From: Bispira polyomma
Taxonomy: Eukaryota
Length of the DNA stretch: 64,000 nucleotides
Assembly (NCBI GenBank): GCA_965649765.1
Contig: OZ287750.1
Span: forward strand, 7,006,001-7,070,000
Direction of reading: 5' to 3'
Positions 35,701 through 46,490 of this stretch are shown here, in pieces. Numbering within the stretch: the first letter of the stretch is position 1; each line of letters begins with the position of its first letter. The notes beneath the pieces were generated by a model. The model was not told the DNA's origin, searched no databases, and was given only the letters and a program-made list of their open reading frames with translations. The position numbers were made by a program, and so were the translations under genes.

Positions 35701-38047
35701 AAGTAACAGTCTTTCCCCCAACTGAAGAGAGAGTGGGTTGAGTTTGACCATTTATCAACATGCCCAAGGCTCTTTAGCATGTCACTGATGATATAACCAA
35801 ATGACAGAGAACCGACTTTAAAAGTGTTGTCATTTAAGGCACTATGTATCTGCCTGTGTTACTTGCTGGGCCACAATGGCAACTCCTATAAGTTTCTGAT
35901 GGCTAGGCCACAGTGGCAGAGTGAATAAGAGTACAAGGTATAAAAAAAACTATAGACCCTATACTAAACTAGAAATGATACTCTTCTAGAGTTGACTCTA
36001 AAAGGGGCATGAACACATATTTGTATCCATTGGAGTCTTCACTCCGGTGGATACCATGGATTAGTCATCGTTACTCCTCCGCCGCATCAGTGTGTGTAGA
36101 GATTTTACTGTTACCGCTCTCCTGGGAAAACTTTTACACCTAGGTTCCTGAAATTTACAGGAAATCTTCTTAATTACAAAAGCTTGCCTGGAAGTAATTT
36201 TGGCCTCATTTTGACAAACAAGATGGCCGCCACGAGCATTTCTTTGAAAGCTGCTTCTCAGTTGTAGAAGGTTGAATCTCTTTACGGGTGATATGTTTAA
36301 TGGATATATATGTCCTTTATAAGCATGCAGACATTTGACCTTAAATCTCCTCATTCAAGGTCATCGACAGAGTGTCAAAGTCTAAAACCAACCTATAGGA
36401 AAACATAAGCAGGAAATCTTTTAATGTGTTCAGATTTGACCTTGGCCCTCCCCTTTAAGGTGAAACAGGGATTGCCAAACCTAAAAGTGCCTATATCTCA
36501 CATATTTTTGGTCAAACAGGTTCTGGATGTAATACCAACCTATAGAAAATTATGGGCTGGGAATCTTTTAATGTGGTCCGATTTGACCTTGGTCTCGTCG
36601 TTCAAAGTCAAATGCGGATGGCCAAACTTGAAAGTCCCTATATCTCACTTATTATTGGTCCCACAGGTTTGGAGTGCCATACCAACCTATAGAAAATCAT
36701 GGGCTGGAAATCTTTTGATGTACTCAGATTTGACCTTGGGCTCCTTGTTCAATGTAAAATGCAGATGGCCAAACTCAAAAGTGCCTATATCTCGCTTATT
36801 ATTGGTCGTACAGGTTTGGGATGTGAAACCAACCTATAGGAAATCATGGGCTGCTAATCTTTAGCAGATTTGACCTGGGATCGTTCGTGAAAGGTCAAAT
36901 GGGTAGGCCAAACTTTAAAGTGCCTATCTCACATTTATTGGTCCCACATGTTTGCAATGTCAACCTACTTGTGCGATTTAAGGCTTTAGCATAAATGCCC
37001 TATAAGAAATCATAGGCTCCTAGCTTGGGTGCTTGCTACCTAGGGTGCTTGCTACCTAGGGTGCTTTGTCTTTCTGGTGAATACAAATATGCATCGGTTC
37101 TCCGATGCGTTAGGTCTAGTTTAGACATGAAATACAACAATTCTGGAAACTTGACTGCTGTATACTGATCACTAGTTTGTGGTGTTTTTTTTCAGGTGGC
37201 AAGTACTACAGGTATACCAAAGGTAAAGGTGTGGACAATGGGTACCCAAGACCTCTGTCTGTGTGGGAGGGCCTACCTAAAAGGGTGGACACTGCATTCC
37301 AGTACACCAATGGAAAAACCTACTTCTTTGAAGGATCAAACTACTATAAATTTGTGGACCATCAGTTCAGGGTAAGAGGGGTTATTGTGAATACTTATTA
37401 TTTGATGGAATCATTAAAAAAGGAATAATACATTAAAATATGTCATTAGATTTATCATTATTTTTACACCTTATTACCAATTTGAAAAATTAATACCCAA
37501 CATTTTATGAATAATCTTTTAGTAAGTACAAATCAGAAAAGCTCTATAATGTATATGTGTATGTAAACTTATGTAATGTTTAACATCACAAATGTGAAGC
37601 TGTGACATGTGTTTCTCATTACAAATGTGAAACTATGTGTTTCCCAATTTTGAATATTTTATCATTATTGTGCCCACAAGGTAGATGGCGGTAATGCTAA
37701 GCAGACATATGTGTTTCCCATTCTCTAATATTTTATACATTTGTGCTCACAAATAAATGATGATTACCCTCAGCAGACCACTCAACGATGACTGAGATGT
37801 GACAAAGCTATTGTGTCCCATGCTCTCATCCTCTATACCCTTTTGTCCACAGGTTGGTGATGGTTACCCACAGCAGACCACTCGGCGGTGGCTGGGATGT
37901 GACAAGTACCATGCTAAGATCCAGACAGACCTCCAGGTGGGTCACAATCCGGTTGTGACTGCGGGCAGTACTACTACTGTACTGACCACACACTGGACAC
38001 TGGCCTGTCTGCTACTGGGGGCAGTAATGGTGTCAATACTGAGCTGA
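20668..38047 (+). CDS. MMP-A: matrix metalloproteinase (M10A), predicted GPI-anchored; join(20668..20772,22015..22153,22854..22964,33843..34160,34652..35347,37196..37371,37853..38047), 579 aa
   Basis: All introns are GT-AG with compatible phases; total 1740 nt. Signal peptide, [52 protein letters not shown] Met-turn, hemopexin repeats bracketed by Cys (DVCK...WLGC), hydrophobic C-terminus with no cytoplasmic tail. Orthology not assignable by eye. Confidence 0.93.
21700..21990. repeat. Degenerate 60-bp tandem repeat (about 30-bp sub-period) abutting the MMP-A exon 2 acceptor
   Basis: TTAACAATTCTATATCACTAGTCAAA...AGTAGCCTAAGAGTCAATTG recurs at 60-bp spacing. Confidence 0.8.
22015..22153 (+). 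CDS. MMP-A exon 2 (prodomain NYLIQYHY...[11 protein letters not shown])
   Basis: Polypyrimidine-CAG acceptor, GTAAGT donor, YL.QY and FQ...L.ETG prodomain motifs. Confidence 0.93.
22854..22964 (+). CDS. MMP-A exon 3 (cysteine switch PRCGLPD, furin site KRKKR)
   Basis: Translation [38 protein letters not shown]; AG/GT boundaries. Confidence 0.95.
23280..23510 (-). mobile_element. Old L2 3'-end fragment
   Basis: Minus strand [18 protein letters not shown] and CGCGCTATAA terminus. Confidence 0.65.
23711..26940 (-). mobile_element. Near-complete L2-type LINE ORF2 (APE endonuclease + RT) antisense in MMP-A intron 3; two frame lesions
   Basis: NARSL, SETWL, GGGVG, GDFN, LDLV, SDH (APE); [19 protein letters not shown] (RT); frameshift at about 25010 and small deletion at about 23885; stem-loop 23737-23770 and (TAA)n tail; possible target duplication ACAATTATTT (23701) / ACAGTTATTT (26941). 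Confidence 0.95.
28158..28324. mobile_element. Small MITE
   Basis: AAACTCCCTCGTAATAGCTCA / TGGGCTATTACGAGGGAGTTT. Confidence 0.7.
29320..29522 (+). mobile_element. tRNA-derived SINE family B (Meta-domain-like)
   Basis: TGGCCTAGTG head; CTCGGATGACCACTTAAAA..GTCCTGTGTCA..CCAATGGCAG..AAAGAACC body; other copies at about 12348-12500(+), 22625-22790(-), 30790-31020(+), 35740-35920(-), 52800-52975(-). Confidence 0.75.
29784..30034 (-). mobile_element. SINE family A copy, full length
   Basis: Box A and box B (GTTCGAATCC); imperfect TSD AACTAA(G/A)CTGAA(A)CAA. Confidence 0.9.
32030..32135 (-). mobile_element. tRNA-SINE head fragment (CORE-like)
   Basis: TGGCCTAGTGGTTAGAGTG..GGTTCCATCC..CCTTGGGCAAGG. 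Confidence 0.6.
32437..32686 (+). mobile_element. Short non-autonomous element (family C) with L2-derived 3' tail
   Basis: Last about 65 nt match the 3' end of LINE 23711-26940; (TAA)n tail; second copy at 2995-3210. Confidence 0.85.
33843..34160 (+). CDS. MMP-A exon 4 (catalytic domain N-part)
   Basis: [12 protein letters not shown]...[34 protein letters not shown] within ORF 33764..34186. Confidence 0.95.
34652..35347 (+). CDS. MMP-A exon 5 (zinc motif, hinge, hemopexin blades 1-3)
   Basis: [17 protein letters not shown], poly-Thr hinge, DAITT/IDAA/YFFKG/GYPK motifs. Confidence 0.95.
36019..37120 (+). mobile_element. Helentron/HINE-like non-autonomous element with 147-bp tandem core (about 4 units), MMP-A intron 5
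   Basis: subTIR TTTGTATCCATTGGA / TCTGGTGAATACAAA, 5' hairpin, 3' palindrome GCATCGG-TTCT-CCGATGC, CTAGT end; CCAACCTATAG recurs at 36388, 36535, 36682, 36829. Confidence 0.75.
37196..37371 (+). CDS. MMP-A exon 6 (hemopexin)
   Basis: [39 protein letters not shown]. Confidence 0.93.
37853..38047 (+). CDS. MMP-A exon 7 (hemopexin end, GPI-signal-like tail, stop)
   Basis: [16 protein letters not shown] then TAGS plus terminal hydrophobic [15 protein letters not shown]. Confidence 0.9.
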   Translation, partial: VGDGYPQQTTRRWLGCDKYHAKIQTDLQVGHNPVVTAGSTTTVLTTHWTLACLLLGAVMVSILS

Positions 38048-39046
38048 GAACTGTAAACAAAGTAATCGTTAACATACATACTTTACACTGAAATGACCAC
38101 CTCACACCAGATATGTTACATTTTGTTATATATATTTCATTATCACGCTAAATTCATTCAAAGCAGAATCCCCATTATCCAAACTTCTGTTATCAACTCA
38201 AAGTTAAAAAAAATATTATTGAACTTTTCCTGCTGATTTATGCAAAGTATCAGTGTTTATATGTTATCTGAAAAAAGGTTCTTTATCTCTACTAATGAGT
38301 TTGTACTGTAATACCACTGTAAAGGTGTGTTTTCAATCTCCTCTACTGTGTCTTGGTGTATGAGATTGGTCTAAATGGTCTAAATACACATTGGACTCAA
38401 TTGCCATTAATAAGTGAATCTATAGGAGTGGTAATTTGAATTTAAGTATGAATTTAAGGTTTGTACCTTTGATATAAATATGGCCTTTTGTGTTCACTGT
38501 TGATGTGAACCACTCCTGAAGTCATGACATCATTTGTCAACAGTTTTTGTACAGGCAAGTTTTTATTAAACTTTCGAAATCATACTTTTTAAGAATGGTT
38601 GCTATCAGGTAGATTTTATTCAATGTAAGCTCCTGTCATCAGCATAAATCTATTGTTACTCTAAAATATCATTTAAAGTCACTCCATTGGCCAATTTACA
38701 TGTTTCAAATCTACTTTGTTTTTTTTCCCAATGTATTGTCAGTCGTCTTCTTCTTTTTGGGGTATTTTATTATTTCTTTTTAATGTTTTTTTTTAAACCT
38801 TACAAAAAATGTTTATGCGTGGGAAATAAATGTAGTAACAAGTTGCCATCACCAGTCCTAGGTTTGTTTGTTTTTTCAAAAATACGTTGTAGTATTCTAT
38901 AGTTGTTTAAAATTACATGTATTTTGTTTTCAAAAAGTGAGAATGTCTATAATGTTGTTGTTGTGAAAATCACTGTTCTGAAGTTAAATTGCTTGCAAAC
39001 TGTTTTTACTGAGTTGCTTTTACTAGTGCTTTTTGACAACATATTT

Positions 39047-39374
39047 TAAGTGTATGTACACATGTATGCGGTCTCCGATTTCAGACGTCTAATTTGCGAC
39101 GTAAGATTTTTCATCCCCCCCCCTCCTCACACACACATTCCCCTCCTTATATGAAAATTATTGTGTTATCACCTTGAAGAGTTTGATTTAACATTCTTAC
39201 CCGATTTTTTTGCTCCTGGACCGAAAATTTTGGATTCGGAAGCTGCTAATTGTGCTTCGGAATTCGCAGTCTGATACATGTGAATAAATAAACAACAAAT
39301 ATGAGGAGAGAAAAAATCGTTGTCGCAAATCGGATGTCTGATATTGGAGGACGCATACATGTGTGCATACCCTA
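39047..39374. mobile_element. MITE with about 50-bp TIRs
   Basis: GTATGTACACATGTATGCGGTCTCCGATTTCAGAC.. / ..GTCTGATATTGGAGGACGCATACATGTGTGCATAC. Confidence 0.8.
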
Positions 39375-40224
39375 AGTAGTGTGAGTCCACAGTTGTAATT
39401 CACTGTTGTGAGGACAAAGATACCGCTCTGGTGTTCAAATATAGACATATTCATATACTGTGTAGGTGGAAAATGTTGCTTGGAATCGAATATTTAGCTA
39501 TTTTAACCAGTGAGCTCAGCTAGTGAAGATTAATTGCAAGTAAATTTTTTTTATTTGTATTCATATATCTAAAAAAGAGGGGAAAAATGGCCAAAACTTA
39601 AAGTTTAAATTAGTATTAATCTCTCCAAAAAAATTTTTAAAAAAATGAAACCAAATTTTAATAAATTCCTGTTTTAGCACTGATTTCTTCCACCATTGGA
39701 TCCAACCATCGTGATATGACCAAGCGACGTCAAACCCAAACTAAATTCAAATCCAGTAAATTCCTTTGGAAATTTTAAACTTATTAAAAAGTTATTAGAC
39801 GTAAAAATTTCTACTTTTACCGTGGGTACAATTTAGGTAAATAGCTCAACATCTGTGATATTGTATATAAAGCTTGTATCAGTTGCGCTATATATCATGT
39901 AATGATTTTATTTTTTTTCTATTTCTATGATTTTTTTTATACCCATTATGTGTACAGGTAAAACATAGGTAGATATCTTTCTTTTTAGTTTATATTTGTA
40001 AAGAGTGTTATGTTGTGTTAATTTGTATTAACTTCTTTTGAAAAAACTAGTAGTATACTTGTGTACGGGATATTTATTAGCAGAATAGATTCTAAAGTCC
40101 TTTTTTTTTCAGTATTTTTGTATACTTAGCTGGAACATGTGTATGTAAAACATAACCTTGACCTTGCTTTAACACTATTTTGTGTATCTGGTACAATCTA
40201 ACAATGCACTCATCCATTTTGGAG

Positions 40225-40431
40225 TAAGGAATCTAAAATTCGCCACTGTATCTGAAAAATAAGCCAAATCGATGAAAAAAACTGGGTGAAAAATAACTGG
40301 AATTTAGGTAAGTAAGGTAAAATAGTCACAAAAATTGTAATTTCAGAAAATATTACTCATAATTCAATTAAAAACACAAAATTTTCTTGGTGGCGAATTT
40401 TAGATGCAGTGGAAAATTTTAGATTCCTTTA
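40225..40431. mobile_element. MITE
   Basis: AAGGAATCTAAAATTCGCCACTGTATCT / AGATGCAGTGGAAAATTTTAGATTCCTT. Confidence 0.7.
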
Positions 40432-42005
40432 CTACTTTACATAACGTCCTCTTGTATATATGGCCTTTCCTGTAAAGCCTGTGTGACTGTCTAACCTGTA
40501 GCAGCATTATGAGATGTACATAAAGTTTAAAATTTAACAGAAACTAATTTTAACATATTCACTAATATTAAACGTAGACTGGGGAATTTTTAACTTTAAG
40601 TTATCTGGTGTTGGCTTGGATATAAATGTAGTTGTAACAAGATGGTTAGTGTGAAGATTATGTCCCACTTTATTGATTATGTCTTTCTATATGAAATAAG
40701 TAATATCACTTCTATGAGACGTCTTTATTTTAAAATACTGAGCTCAAATTTTAAAATTCTGCTTAACTTAAAATAGTAGAGCTCAAGTGTGTAAATTAGA
40801 ATGAATAACGCTGAATTTGTTTTTTATTAAAGTTAGATTACAAACTAGGATTCAAGGCTTATTAAGTTTCCATTAGTATCCAAAAAATGATCAAGCTCTA
40901 GTTTTCTTTGAATCTTTGTTCATTCACATCCCCTAAAACCTTGCAAACACTACATAAAGGGTAATTGTATTATAACAGACATTTCTATTTATTAGACTGA
41001 TCTGAACGTCTGTTTTATGAGGGAAAAAAGTTACTTGTTTAAAATTATTTCTTGTTAGAAATGTCAACAACATAAACTACACCCACTACAGCAGCATTAC
41101 GTTATGTGGTTAGAATAGAATTTTTAAAATTAAAAAACACACAATGTTTGAAAGTTATCAGTACCTTATTAGTGTTTGTGATAAATGTTGATCAATATCT
41201 GTGGCTCCAGTAACTGTAAAATCCCCAGGGTATCGGTGTAGACTTACTTGGTCCTAACACAGCTGAAATTAAGTTATATATTTATATTACCAGTAGCACT
41301 TTTCAGATTGGTGTACAGTAATAAATCTGAAAAAGGTGGTACATGTTTGCTAAATTATTAAATACTAATAAAACTATATACATGCATATAATTGCAAGAT
41401 ATCTACTAGATTTAACAAAAAATAAATTAAACATTAGTGATACAAGAGCCCTAAGGAGAGGCTAGGTATGATTGGCCATATAGGTGTGTAAAGCTATGTT
41501 CACATGGATCCTAATACCAATACTGCATGCCAGCAGTGAACACTAATACATCAAAATTATGTCTCTTTATATTTTTCTTTGGAGTGATCATATGTAATAA
41601 TACAGCATGTATCCCAGTGTGGATCACATATACATAAAAATTATGGAGCGAGCGATTTTTGGTGGACTGCATATATAATGAATTTATTAAAATTAAGTAT
41701 CACCATTTTTACTTTCAATACTGAGAACAAGAATTATCAAGTGCACAAATTAATAAAATCTATTCAGAAATAAGAAGGCTATGGTTAAAAAATTAAGAAA
41801 GAAGAAGTTTTGTATTTGCCTTACTGGTGATGAGTGTACTGCCGTGTTGGTGTTGGGTTTTAGGATGCATCTGAACGTAGCTTAAGACTAACATTTATTA
41901 ACATCTAAGACAAAATGTGAGTGAACTACTTTTACACATTGCTTTCTGTGCTAAAATCAAACAGAGGATGTATATAGAATGAGTGTAGTTATTTCAGTAA
42001 TGTTC

Positions 42006-42231
42006 AGGGCTGTATTTACAAAAGCTCTTATCTTAGTCTTAGGTTTAACATTTATGTCTAAAATATTTTAAAACTGTTGGTTTTAAGGTTAAGAGTAAAG
42101 TAAACACTCTCTCTTTTCTTGCTGTCACTGCGATTAAGACTAAAATCTTCATCTCTTCGGCCAAAATCAAAGACCAAAATTATTAAGCTTGAGACTGAGT
42201 TAGGAATAAGACCTTCTGTAAATGTGGCCCT
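42006..42231. mobile_element. MITE
   Basis: AGGGCTGTATTTACAAAAG / CTTCTGTAAATGTGGCCCT; related termini at 61253-61363. Confidence 0.65.
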
Positions 42232-42502
42232 AGATGTACAGATCTGCGGCATACCAGTACGGTATAGCAATATGGCTCAGGAGTACATCAAATAATGGAT
42301 CCTTATCTACTCTTCCTTAAGTGGAGTATTTACATGCATATGCACCAGTACGGAATGTGTACAAGACAATTGTACAGTGGGAAATTTTTTTGACAGATTA
42401 ATAATACAGAAAGCAAATGAACCTTTCATGTTGTTTTTGGTTTTTAGGCAGTATTTGCTTCATTTAATCGTGAAAAAAAAAGTGAAAAAAATTATCAAAA
42501 TC

Positions 42503-43344
42503 CAGGGTTCGCGCTTACGGCATCCGAGTATCTAATAACGTGGAATTTTCGTAAGCGGACGCAAATTAAAACATACAATGCGTGTATTAGGATGCAGACT
42601 TTATTTAGAAGTAAGAAATCGCCATTTTCCCCTTTTAATTTTATATATTTTGAAGTTTAATCACAGTTTTTAGCGGTCTCACAGATTTCGACATTTTGAT
42701 TTGATTCTTCCGGTCGTGGCGTTTTGAATGGGTAGTTTCTAAAACTCGTAATTCTGTTAGGGCCTGGGTGATACGAAAATTGCCCGACTTATTTTAATTC
42801 ACAGTATAAGTATCTAAACTTTATTTTATATTATATTTATGAAACTTAATGGTCAATAAGGCTTCACAATCGACTTGTTTTGTCCAATTATACCACTGAG
42901 ACACAGCTTATTTTTGGGGAGAATTTTCTTTTTTAAGCTACAGCTGATTTGTTAGATGTTATAATTTCATGGGTAACATTTGTTTGTTTGGTGTTAAATT
43001 ATATATTTGGATGTAGAAATATCAAATTTGTAGTGTTTGACTTAAATTTTTAAATCCCGTGGCATACATTGGTTTGATTAATGTTAAGTTATATATTTGA
43101 ATGTAGAAGTATCAATATTAAATTTGTAGTGTTTGACTTAAATTTTCATATTCTATGTTATTATATTTTGTTGTTTGATAAGTGTAAAAATGCAACAGTA
43201 TATATTTTATATCTTTAAATTACTGTATTTGTCACTATAGTGAAAAATATCTAGCGGATGCATAAAAGCTACTCCGGGACCCCACTTTTTTTGAGAGGTG
43301 GGGTCCCAAAAACCCCACTTTAAAAAATCCTAGCGCCAACCCTG
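42503..43344. mobile_element. hAT-like non-autonomous element
   Basis: CAGGGTTCGCGCT / AGCGCCAACCCTG termini, AAAATC on both flanks. Confidence 0.6.
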
Positions 43345-45964
43345 AAAATCTGTTTAGAAGTAAGAAAATCGGGGTTTAAAATCTAAAACAAGAACAATAA
43401 AAGAGTTTTATATTTTCCTTACTGGTATGAAGCAGCCGTCTATATCTGAACAATATGTATATATATATATATAGTTGTAGTCTGTATGTAGTTGTATTTA
43501 CGTGACTTGTGGCATTGTCTTTTGGTGCTTATGGTGCTAAATATCCGGGCTGATAGTCTGCTGAAATTCTTTTAAACCAGTTATAGTTATTTTCTTCAAT
43601 GTACAATAAGGTAATAGTGTGTGTTTTAAAAATACTATCACCAACATTACAGATAGTTTATAAAGCATGTACAGAAGGTGTCTGTTATGCACAAATGAAC
43701 CTTGTGAGGCATATTCATGAATGCATACTTCATATTAAATTTCTACATAATAGTCACCTGTATGCAAAAATATTTTTTTCTAAGTAATTTCTATTGTATA
43801 CAAATGATCAACTGTCTCTTGTGTATTTTGACCTCTCAAGGTTTTAGTTTGGCCAATGTCCGCTGTGTGGTTGGTTTGTTTGTCGCCAGAATTATACAAA
43901 ATCTACCAAATCGATTAACATGAAATTTTGTGGAGGGATGGGATATGGGCCAAGGGAGAATCTGTTAATGTTTGGGTCAGATCTAGATTTGAGTGAAAGG
44001 GATGGTTTTTTCTACTTTGTTGATGCTGTGGCGCCTTGGCAGAGGTATACACTCTTTTGTGTTCCTGTTAAGTTAGCACTGGCATTCATCTTCTAACGAA
44101 ATTACCTTCAGCAAACTGTGTGCTATTTTAAATTGTGACATATATTCTTGTCAAAATTTTTAATTTAATTATTATATGCACAATTTTTGATCATATTATA
44201 TTCTCCTCTGTTTTGTTACCCATTTTGTAACTTTTATCAAAATTGTCAAGAAATTAACAGACCTATAAGCCTGTGTTTTCACCATACACCAATGTCTTTT
44301 TTTTCTCTTATTTTTCTTGGCTGAAAAAAAAAGAAGTTTTCTTCTGGTCTCAAAGCTTTACTCCATGCCTGTGTAGCAGGTGTTGACCTTCAACTTTAAT
44401 TAGGTCAAGGACACTGTGTTCACAAGGCTGGCTTTCTGTGCTTTTTAGTGTGCTTCTGTATTTTAGACGCTAGTGTGTGTATGTTTGTTTTTATGTTTCT
44501 AGTTTTGTAGATATTTTGTTTTTGTGTTTATTAGTTTTAATCGACTGTAGTTTGTAAAATATATGAGTTTCTCTGTAATATCATAATTACTTTTGTGTGG
44601 ATTGATTGTATTACCATTGTGTATCCTGTATTGTATATTTAATTGAATGTTGATGGTTTTGTTCTTTTTTTGCTAGACTATGTCTTAAATAGTCTTTTGT
44701 AAATGTACTACTGTCCGAAATAAATTTTAAAAATGATGAGTAACATTTCACTGTTCAGTGGTAGCGTTTCACCGTTTTCCACTTTCCAGCTTTAAAAAAA
44801 CCCAGTAAAATCCAATAGAAAATTCTTGGGCCTCCATGGTGCAGTGGTAACACTCTCACCTTCCCAATATGTAGTCACGGTTCAATGCTTAGCCAAATAC
44901 ATATATAAAGGAAAGTTGGCAGTAGACTTGCTGAAGTCTGGTGACTTTCAGCGCCACAAATAATTTTAGTAACTACTCTGAGTTTCTCGCCACCAATAAA
45001 CTGAAAGCTAAAAGCTGAAAATAAGTAAATAAATATGGAGAATTCTCACTTTTATGTTCTCACTTTTGCAGTAAACATGTAAATACTTTCACCTGTTCTT
45101 TTAGGGCCTAAAGTTGATTGGGTTAACTAAGATTAGTGGTATCTAAAAACACATATATTATTGTGTGTATATGTCAACAATTTTTTTTTATAAGTTATCA
45201 AATGTAGTAATACTTTTAGTATTTGGCTTAGACTTTTTGTCACATTAGTATAATTGTTAACTGTCTGAAAACTATATAATGAAGTTTATAGTAATCTAAT
45301 CCTGTGCCACAGTGTCAAAAAATAAGATGTCACAAAGTGTTGAATGTTTGTGAATCATCAAGTCCATGTTGTCATGTGTAAATCATTGTAATTATAGTTC
45401 TGTAAAATCTCTGCGATATATTTGTATAAAAGATTTGACTCTTCCATTATGGTTTCTGTCAAAGTTTATAGAATTCAAAATGTGGCTTTTTTTTTATCTA
45501 GGTTGACTTATAAAATATTTTTATGTAATATAAATTGGAAATAAAACATGACTTTTTAAAATCTTTGTTTTAGTGTCTCAAGCTTTATTTTATTAATGGT
45601 GCATACATTGTGATGTTACCCATTCATTACCGATAATATAGAAATGTACACAATGTTTGTTGTCTAGGACTATTTTTGATTATAAAATGCCTTAGCAAGG
45701 CTACTGATAACATAACACTGTAAGATTAACATCTTAGCAATCAGTACTGAAGTCTTCTTATTACTTAGTAAAAAAATATTTATAATGTTAATGGTATTGG
45801 CCTAATGGATTTTTACTGCTGAAAAGCTTAAGTCATTTATGAATGCCAAGGGATCTGTTGAGATAATATAAAAAAACCTTTGACCTTCAGGATAGTGAAA
45901 TCCTAGATGTTATCATATTGTTGTGCTGGTGACCAGAAGATCCCCAATTCAACCTCTGGTTATG

Positions 45965-46490
45965 TCCTGGTCACACCTACACATTCTAGAGCTACGTTTG
46001 TGTCACATTGTGTGAATTTAGGAAACGGTATGAAACATAGTAGGAAGTGAGGATCCCTTCTGTGATCGTTTCTTTACGTATTGCGGCGTTTTGCGACGGA
46101 TGATATCATTCCGGAAACGCCTCTGTTTCGTCTTTTTCATGTACTGCTTCAAACTGTTTGAATCACTACAGCCACAGCTCCCGTTTCTCCCCATTTCTCT
46201 GTTCGTCCCCGAACGTTTCAGAAAGTAGCAAAGACGTATCAGTAAGTAGCTATATGTAGTAGTAAGTAACCGGGAAGTCCAAGTGAGTAGTGATGTTTTC
46301 TCCACTCATTGTATTCGTTTTACTCCGTGTGTATAAGTACCAACATCATCACCAAACGTCATAAAACGTCACAAAACGTCACAATCGGCTACTTCTTTAT
46401 GGAAATGACATCACTGAAACACAAAACTATCACGTTTTCAGTGTATATTGATTGGGTACGTTGAGGGACGTTAACACGTGTAGGTGATCT
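45965..46490. mobile_element. PIF/Harbinger-like MITE; half-copy at 8913-9075
   Basis: CCTGGTCACACCTACAC / CGTGTAGGTGATC termini; 46328-46490 is the reverse complement of 8920-9075. Confidence 0.65.

Noticed and set aside
36424-36864. 146-aa repeat protein
   Set aside because: By-product of the 147-bp (49-codon) repeat in an intronic transposon.
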